Origin: Deltaproteobacteria bacterium
Lineage (GTDB): Bacteria > Desulfobacterota > GWC2-55-46
Direction of reading: 5' to 3'
NCBI GenBank assembly: GCA_038043525.1
Contig: JBBTBW010000006.1
Location: forward strand, 424-64,423
Length of the DNA: 64,000 bases
Every line of letters begins with the position of its first letter. The first letter of the stretch is position 1. Position numbers and translations under genes: made by a program. The notes beneath the pieces are model-generated. The model saw only the letters and a program-made list of their open reading frames with translations. It was not told the origin of the DNA and did not search any database. Below, piece by piece: positions 58,114 through 64,000 of this stretch.

Positions 58114-58730
58114 CTTTCACCTGTTGGTTTGGGTCTTACGAGGAGTGTCGAGTAGTCTGTCTTCGACCACGCATTCAAGAGCCTCTCGTAAGAGAACGGT
58201 TCGTCTGCGTTCATTGCCGAGTGGGCTGTCACCATGCGCATCTTTTCATTGTATCCTGTCACTACGATATAGTGGCCTCGCGGATAAAACCTATATCCCG
58301 TATCGATAAAAATGATCAGGGGAGTTTTTTCCATTACCCTTTTTTTGAGGTCATCTAGAGTTCCTCTATAATAAGAGGCCTCATACCCAAGCTCCTTAGC
58401 GTAGAGGAGCATGTCGATAGGGAGCGTACCTTTGAGCTTCTCCTGGTAGACCTTTTCGGCTATATCATTTATGGAGGCAGGCGTGCCCCAGTATCCTATG
58501 ACGCTCGCAAGCGCGGCAGGGCCGCACATGGCAGTGTCCTGCGGGAAAAAAGGGACCCCTTCGATAAATGCGCCGTTTTCAGGGCGCTCTTTGATGTCCC
58601 TTATGACACTGCCGCCGGTTATGGCAGTGCAAGAGGCGAGAGAGAGGATCGCGAGTAAGACCGCGGCGAAAAACGCCTTTGATGATATCGATGGCATGAT
58701 GGGAGACAGGGACGGCCCGATCTGCGGCAT
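58110..58730 (-). CDS. C39-like (papain-fold) cysteine peptidase domain lipoprotein; from memory resembles the PA2778-family peptidase N-terminal domain
   Basis: Lipobox LSLASC. Putative catalytic Cys in QDTAMCGPAALASV and His in PRGHYIVVTGY. 206 aa. Confidence 0.55.
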   Translation of the reverse strand: MPQIGPSLSPIMPSISSKAFFAAVLLAILSLASCTAITGGSVIRDIKERPENGAFIEGVPFFPQDTAMCGPAALASVIGYWGTPASINDIAEKVYQEKLKGTLPIDMLLYAKELGYEASYYRGTLDDLKKRVMEKTPLIIFIDTGYRFYPRGHYIVVTGYNEKMRMVTAHSAMNADEPFSYERLLNAWSKTDYSTLLVRPKPTGER

Positions 58731-58753
58731 TGCAGGGGCCCCCTGTATCGTTC

Positions 58754-59149
58754 CTACTTTATGATTATCTTCTTGTTCGAGAGCTTCAATATCACCATGA
58801 CAAGTATGACTATGATGAGCAGAGCTATGATGACGCCCAGGCCGTCGGCGCCCGGATAGACGGAGTCAAGCTGTTTAGAGAAATCGTGGAGCTCCTCATC
58901 CGTGAGTTTGTCGATGCGTGTCTGGATCTCAGCAGGGGTGAGGCCAGCCTCAATGAGCCTGCCTGCGACGAGCTTTGATTCGAGAATCCTCCTGACGTTT
59001 GCCATGTCCTCGGCCCTTGCCGGGCCGGCAGCGGCCTCGGTCCCTACCATGTACGCAAGGGACCTTGCGGGCACAGCCCCTATGAAGAGCATGCCGAGCA
59101 CTACGGCGAGGGCTATCTGCCTGAAGTAAAACTTCTTTATGAATTCCAT
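58754..59149 (-). CDS. small secreted protein with C-terminal TM anchor; from memory resembles the PA2779-family partner
   Basis: Signal peptide. Central acidic/helical region. C-terminal hydrophobic helix LGVIIALLIIVILVMVIL plus a basic tail. Immediately upstream of the peptidase gene. Confidence 0.5.
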   Translation of the reverse strand: MEFIKKFYFRQIALAVVLGMLFIGAVPARSLAYMVGTEAAAGPARAEDMANVRRILESKLVAGRLIEAGLTPAEIQTRIDKLTDEELHDFSKQLDSVYPGADGLGVIIALLIIVILVMVILKLSNKKIIIK

Positions 59150-59338
59150 CTGTTATTCTCCTTGGTTATTGTATCTCGGCCGTTGTCGGGCCGGTGTTCG
59201 GCAGCGGCCTTGGTAAAACGCGTCAATGAGACGATCCTGCCGGCAAGCCGCAGGAAGCATTGTAACAGATTTATAGAACAAATGGGAGAGGCTGTCAACT
59301 CTCTTGCAATGGGCTTCTTACTGTGATAATTTTCCTTT

Positions 59339-59620
59339 ATGCGACTGACAAAAGAACAGGTGGATAAGATCTCAGGGCTGATACTCACAAGGCTCAAGGA
59401 CAACGGGCTGGTCGAGTTTAAGGCCGATGAGCACAGCGTCCTTGAAAAGATACGCGATTCTATTCTCGCGGACCTGCGCGCTGAAGACGACCTTGACCGC
59501 GAGGTGGAAGGGATACTTCAGAACCACGCGGGGGCCATAGACGAGCAAAAGGCCGACTACAGGCGGATGTTCACGATGGTCAAGACAAAGCTCGCGCGTG
59601 AAAGGGGGATAACTCTTTGA
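59339..59620 (+). CDS. DUF507-family protein
   Basis: 93-aa acidic helical protein. Paralogous to the next ORF, sharing the pattern L.E.K..I...L.....ED..D. Confidence 0.55.
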   Translation: MRLTKEQVDKISGLILTRLKDNGLVEFKADEHSVLEKIRDSILADLRAEDDLDREVEGILQNHAGAIDEQKADYRRMFTMVKTKLARERGITL

Positions 59621-59895
59621 GATTCTCGGATGACAGGATATCCCATATCGCGCACCTCGTATACAACGGCATCTGGGACGGAGACCTTGTCGACTTCACC
59701 GACGAGGACAAGGCCCTTATAGAGATAAAAAAATCCCTCTCTGATTATCTGAGGGTCGAAGATGAGGCAGATACCGCGGCCCGCAACAAGATCAGGTCGC
59801 TCTCCAGGGATATTCCGGAAGGCAGCAGGGAGTGGGATATAATGTACAAGAAGTACTTCGAAGAAGAGGCCTCGAAAAAGGGCTTCAAATACTGA
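59617..59895 (+). CDS. DUF507-family protein (paralog)
   Basis: TTGA start/stop overlap with the preceding paralog. 92 aa. Confidence 0.55.
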   Translation: MRFSDDRISHIAHLVYNGIWDGDLVDFTDEDKALIEIKKSLSDYLRVEDEADTAARNKIRSLSRDIPEGSREWDIMYKKYFEEEASKKGFKY

Positions 59896-59966
59896 AACCC
59901 CCCTTAGCCTCGCACCCCGCCTCTTTAACGAACCTCAGAACCAGCGCGTCCGGAGAATAAACTGCG

Positions 59967-60569
59967 ATGGATATCTCCCTTCTGGTGCCGCCGCTGGCCG
60001 GCGCCGTAATAGGCTGGGTCACAAACTACGTGGCCATAAAGATGCTCTTCAGGCCGCACAAACCTGTTCATATATTCGCATGGAAGCTCCAGGGGGTCAT
60101 CCCCAAGAGAAGGAAGGAGATCGCTCGCTCTATGGCCAAGGCTATAGAGAAGGACCTCTTCTCGACCGAAGACCTCTCAGAGGCTCTGGCCGGGATAGAC
60201 TGGAAAAAAGAGATACATGAGACGGTCTCTGAGGCGGTAGAACACCGCTTCAACGAATCGAAGTGGACCAAATTCCCGGTCGTGGGGCTTGTCTCCGACA
60301 GCATAAAAAACAGGCTGAAGCTCCGCCTTGCTACAGAGATAACGACGCACCTCGACAGGAAGAAGGGCGCGATAGCCTCGAAGGTTCGCGGGCATATAGA
60401 CATTCACGGTATGATCGTCTCGAAGATCGACAGGCTCGATCTGATGCGTTTTGAAAAGCTCCTTACCGAGTTCATTGCAAGGGAGCTAAAGCACCTTGAG
60501 TGGCTCGGAGGCGTCATGGGCCTCGTTATCGGCATCTTCCAATCAGCCTTTTTCTATTTTATCAGGTAG
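59967..60569 (+). CDS. DUF445-family membrane-associated protein
   Basis: N-terminal LAGAVIGWVTNYVAIKMLFRP, typical of DUF445/YheB-like proteins. 200 aa. Confidence 0.55.
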   Translation: MDISLLVPPLAGAVIGWVTNYVAIKMLFRPHKPVHIFAWKLQGVIPKRRKEIARSMAKAIEKDLFSTEDLSEALAGIDWKKEIHETVSEAVEHRFNESKWTKFPVVGLVSDSIKNRLKLRLATEITTHLDRKKGAIASKVRGHIDIHGMIVSKIDRLDLMRFEKLLTEFIARELKHLEWLGGVMGLVIGIFQSAFFYFIR

Positions 60570-60573
60570 CCGC

Positions 60574-61314
60574 TTGCAAAAGACGATACTGACGATAGCC
60601 GGTTCGGACCCGTCCGGCGGGGCAGGGGCGCAGGCTGACCTCAAGGTCTTTGCCGACCACGGCCTCTATGGCCTCAGTGCCATTACCGCCCTCACAGCGC
60701 AAAACTCCTCTGAGGTTGTCGCAAGTGTTCCTGTCTCATCCGAGTTCCTGAAGATGCAGGTTGAGGTACTCCTTGATGAGTTCAGGCCTCTTGCCGTAAA
60801 GACCGGGATGACGGCGACCGCCTCAAACATCCGCGCTATATGCAGGATCATAAAGGCTCACAGCCTCAGGAACGTCGTTGTAGATACGGTCATGCGTTCG
60901 ACCCTCGGGTTCTCGCTCCTTGACAGGCAAGGGTTGGCAGAGCTTAAAAGGCTCGTGGCGCTCTCTGTTATCGCGACTCCGAACATACCTGAGGCGGCCG
61001 TTCTTGCAGGCATCGAGATAAGAGGGATAGCCGGGATGGAAGAGGCCGCGCGCTTTATTCATCGCCTCGGCCCGGCGTGCGTGCTCGTAAAAGGCGGCCA
61101 CCTTGCAGGCACGCCTGTAGACGTTCTTTTCGACGGTGAGCGGTTCTATCACTTCAGCGGCAGGAGGCTCAAGGGCGATAAGAAAAGGTTCCACGGCACA
61201 GGGTGCATACTCTCTTCCGCAATAGCTTCAAACCTCGCCAACGGCAAGTCGATCGCAGGTTCAGTAGATCACGCCAGAAAGTATCTCCACTCTGTGCTCA
61301 TTGGCAGGCGTTAG
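60574..61314 (+). CDS. thiD: hydroxymethylpyrimidine / phosphomethylpyrimidine kinase
   Basis: TTG start right after the DUF445 stop. LTIAGSDPSGGAGAQADLKVF is the classic ThiD N-terminus. The table ATG at 60496 would overlap the upstream gene. Confidence 0.8.
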   Translation: MQKTILTIAGSDPSGGAGAQADLKVFADHGLYGLSAITALTAQNSSEVVASVPVSSEFLKMQVEVLLDEFRPLAVKTGMTATASNIRAICRIIKAHSLRNVVVDTVMRSTLGFSLLDRQGLAELKRLVALSVIATPNIPEAAVLAGIEIRGIAGMEEAARFIHRLGPACVLVKGGHLAGTPVDVLFDGERFYHFSGRRLKGDKKRFHGTGCILSSAIASNLANGKSIAGSVDHARKYLHSVLIGRR

Positions 61315-62012
61315 TCCCGGCCGCCTTTTATCCAGCCGAGGTCCCTCGCGCTTATGTAGGACGATCTGCTCGCTATGATGTGGTCGTGAACTACGATATC
61401 TACAGCGGAGGCCGCCTCTTCAAGCGCCTTTACAAGCTCTCTCTCCCCATCTGTCGGCTCTTCTTTTCCTGAGGCTGTGACGTGGACGAATATTATCGAG
61501 CGGGCGTTGTGCTTGAAGGCGTTCTCAATGACTTTTCTGGAAGAGACGACGCTGGCGCACATCGATCCCTCTGATATCGTCTCAGAGCCGAGTATCTCGT
61601 TCTTCGAGTTCATGTAAACCGCCATGAACCTTGTCGATGGCTCTGCCGCCCCAAGCGCCCCGATATATTCGACTACGTCTTTTGCGGAGCGGACTGTCCC
61701 TGTTTTTGCGCCGTGTTCGGTCATGCATGCTTCGCCGATACCTTTTACAAGGCTGAAGAGGAAGGCGCAATTTTCTCCGACGCCGGGTATAGAGGCAAGC
61801 TCCTTGGTGTCGGTCTCGAATATCCCCTTGAGGCCGCCGCAGCGTCTGAGCATCTCCTTTGCGATAGGCTTTACGTCTATCCTCGGGATAGCGTAGGTAA
61901 GCAGAAGCTCCACAGCCTCGTAGTCATGAAAACCGTCGAGGGAGCTTTTTATGAACCTCTGCCGCAGCCTGTGCCTGTGCCCATGCCCATGCCTGCTGTC
62001 TGTCTTGTCCAT
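61311..62012 (-). CDS. radC: RadC-family (JAB/MPN domain, UPF0758) protein with atypical metal motif
   Basis: Start at MDKTDSRHGHGHRHRLRQRF. HhH region IPGVG. JAB region reads FVHVTASGKEEPTDGE...VVHDHIIAS versus canonical HNHPSG...LDHIII. Confidence 0.7.
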   Translation of the reverse strand: MDKTDSRHGHGHRHRLRQRFIKSSLDGFHDYEAVELLLTYAIPRIDVKPIAKEMLRRCGGLKGIFETDTKELASIPGVGENCAFLFSLVKGIGEACMTEHGAKTGTVRSAKDVVEYIGALGAAEPSTRFMAVYMNSKNEILGSETISEGSMCASVVSSRKVIENAFKHNARSIIFVHVTASGKEEPTDGERELVKALEEAASAVDIVVHDHIIASRSSYISARDLGWIKGGRD

Positions 62013-62382
62013 GATTGCCGTGTGTCCCTGGTGTATGCTCTGTTGGCGCAAGAAATGGAATATGAGGCTCTTGTCTGTCGATTTCCTCGATTATATCTGA
62101 AAACCGGTTTTTTTGCATCCTGACAGCGCCTATCCATGAAGTGCGCTCGCAGACAGTCCGTTTTAGTATGGCGCAGGGCTATGATACAGGCCTCTGTGGG
62201 ATATTTCAGTAAAGGCTATGAAAGGCAGAGCAAGACCGTTTTGAGCAGAGTCTTTCAGATGGCTGATGTGAGCGGTTTGGCCGGCAGATCAGTACAGCGT
62301 TAGATCGGATCTACGGCAGATGAGGGGCTCAGGTGGTAATGAGACAGCGTCATCAATAGGAACTAGGACGAGGGGACGAGTC

Positions 62383-63120
62383 TTAGACCTTTCCGGTCTC
62401 TGCTATGGCTATCTTCATGTCATCCATCGCTTCCGCCCTCTTTGTCTTATTCTTCATTGAGGGGTCTTTTTGCAGATCGGCTAAACCCCATGTAGGTATT
62501 ATAAGCAGACTTTCGGAGCGGTGAACCTTTCCCCTGAGTCTCCTTACGTCAGTCGAGCCCAAGAGCGCGCCGCAAGCTTCACCGCCGAATATTACGGCTA
62601 TAGTCATGCTGTTTTTTTCAGCCTCTTTTTTGAGTCTTGCGCCGAACTCTGCATAAGCTTCGTCGACTTTTTTTGGATCTGACGGGCCTGATCCGCAGCA
62701 GAGATACCTTGTCATTGAATTGAAGGAAGGGAGCTTTAATTCGCCTGCGACCCAGTTGACCGTAAGTTCAAGCTGGTTGCCGATCGAGCCTGAAAATGGC
62801 GCTACTGTGCCATCCGTGAGAGTCTCGCCTGAGATGAAACAGATCTTCGAGCCGGCATGCCAGATGCCGAAAGCGAGCGCCTTCTTGCCTGGTCCGGCCA
62901 CTGAGGCTGATGCCAAAGTCTGATCAGGGTTTTCAACGTAGGTCCATTCGACAGGCGCCTCGGTCTTGATCTCGTTTGCGGATGGAGGCTGTGGACTCTT
63001 TTGCGCCTGAGACGGGCGGACTGTCGGCAGGGCCGGTATGTCGATTATCCCGGCGTAGCTGAGGAGTTCGAGATTATCCCTGAGATTGTTAATTATGTCG
63101 TCGTATTCCATATTGCCCAT
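62383..63120 (-). CDS. uracil-DNA glycosylase superfamily protein (family 4-like) with ~60-aa N-terminal extension
   Basis: Start at MGNMEYDD. FISGETLTDGTVAPFSGSIGNQL parallels the UDG GE(A/T)PG...PF.G.AG motif. The table ORF start at 63495 is unsupported. Confidence 0.55.
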   Translation of the reverse strand: MGNMEYDDIINNLRDNLELLSYAGIIDIPALPTVRPSQAQKSPQPPSANEIKTEAPVEWTYVENPDQTLASASVAGPGKKALAFGIWHAGSKICFISGETLTDGTVAPFSGSIGNQLELTVNWVAGELKLPSFNSMTRYLCCGSGPSDPKKVDEAYAEFGARLKKEAEKNSMTIAVIFGGEACGALLGSTDVRRLRGKVHRSESLLIIPTWGLADLQKDPSMKNKTKRAEAMDDMKIAIAETGKV

Positions 63121-63207
63121 GCAACGCCTCCGTCTATAACGCAGTGCTGAAATTACTATCTTTCTTTGCCCTTTACAAGACCTTTTGCATCGGTTAGCAT
63201 AACTGAT

Positions 63208-64000
63208 ATGGCTCTGATATTCATCATTTTTATCGCGCTGCTCCTCGGCCTGCCTGAGACAGCCGCGGCCTGGGGCCCGGCGACTCACCTTGAGATCGGG
63301 AGCGCGATCCTTAACAACATCAGGCATATCGCCCCTGCCATAGCCTCTCTTATCGAGGCATATCCATACGATTTTCTCTACGGGAACATCTCCGCTGACG
63401 TGGTCGTCGGAAAAAACCTCGTGACAGAGCTCAAGCACTGCCACAACTGGAAGGTCGGATTCAAGATGCTCAGGCTCGCCAGAGGCGATTCTCAAAAGGC
63501 CTTTGCGTACGGCTATCTAAGCCACCTTGCCGCAGATACCGTAGCGCACAACCACTTTATCCCGGAGATGATGATCAGGTCGTTTTCAGCCCGCACTTTG
63601 CGGCACATCTACTGGGAGATGAGGTTCGACTCCCTTGCGGATAAAAGGGTCTGGCAGCTGCCCAAGAAGATGGTCAAAGAGATCCATGTAGACAACGATA
63701 GCTTGATGGATGCCGTGATCGAAGGGACCCCTCTCTCGTTCAGAACGAACAAGACTATATTCTCAGGGCTTATGAACCTGCAGAAGATAGACCAGTGGCA
63801 CAGGATGCTGGCGCTTCTTTCCATGAGATCGAAGTGGGCGATGCACAAGGAAGATAAGATCCGTTACCACGGCGCGTCGATTGATGCCATCACAGGGCTT
63901 CTCGCAAACATTCAAAAGGCCCAGTGCCTTAAAAAAGACCCTACCGGCAGGCACAGCCTCTCTAGTGCGATGTTTATTCGCAAGCGTCTCCTGACCATAA
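63208..64000 (+). CDS. zinc-dependent phospholipase C-like protein, 3' end beyond window
   Basis: Signal peptide ending AAAWGPATH (mature N-terminal Trp as in Zn-PLC / S1-P1 nuclease fold). HLAADTVAHNHF His cluster. Open at the window edge. Confidence 0.55.
   Translation, partial: MALIFIIFIALLLGLPETAAAWGPATHLEIGSAILNNIRHIAPAIASLIEAYPYDFLYGNISADVVVGKNLVTELKHCHNWKVGFKMLRLARGDSQKAFAYGYLSHLAADTVAHNHFIPEMMIRSFSARTLRHIYWEMRFDSLADKRVWQLPKKMVKEIHVDNDSLMDAVIEGTPLSFRTNKTIFSGLMNLQKIDQWHRMLALLSMRSKWAMHKEDKIRYHGASIDAITGLLANIQKAQCLKKDPTGRHSLSSAMFIRKRLLTI

Noticed and set aside
62052-62383. Possible small RNA or leader in the 330-nt gap between radC and the UDG-like gene
   Set aside because: I found no convincing promoter-hairpin-terminator architecture or repeat homology, so there is insufficient evidence.

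Overview
This window is a 64-kb, high-GC (roughly 55-60%) bacterial chromosomal segment that is densely coding and mostly housekeeping. Recognised genes: coaBC; a fused NDP-sugar pyrophosphorylase/phosphomannomutase; an F0 ATP-synthase sub-cluster atpZ-atpI-atpB-atpE; a PAS hybrid histidine kinase; rpoH; alr; mlaEFD; purH-purD-purE; tsaC; rsmB; smpB plus tmRNA (ssrA); an SDR oxidoreductase; plsY; glnB-glnA with a sigma-54 promoter; ftsY; a minus-strand run carD-yacL-ispD-ispF-gltX-cysS; trxA-tlpA-rpe; rlmB; thiD. The gene repertoire (split F0 cluster, c-subunit with N-terminal extension, DUF507 pair) suggests a deltaproteobacterial/Desulfobacterota-like anaerobe, but that is inference. The unusual content is non-coding and accessory. 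(i) A REP-like palindrome family (GGTGGGCTCGGCCCACC) occurs at least 13 times, alongside two frameshifted 3' remnants of a REP-associated tyrosine transposase (RAYT). (ii) A composite MITE-like repeat family with conserved hairpins occupies at least five intergenic loci. (iii) A third palindromic family shows compensatory stem changes. (iv) A low-GC island lies directly 3' of ssrA, delimited by three copies of the ssrA-terminator sequence; it carries an HNH-motif fusion protein of unknown function, orphan ORFs and a MNT/HepT toxin-antitoxin pair. (v) A separate ~1-kb AT-rich insertion with one orphan ORF is bracketed by REP-containing direct repeats. No CRISPR array, integrase or rRNA/tRNA gene was seen.
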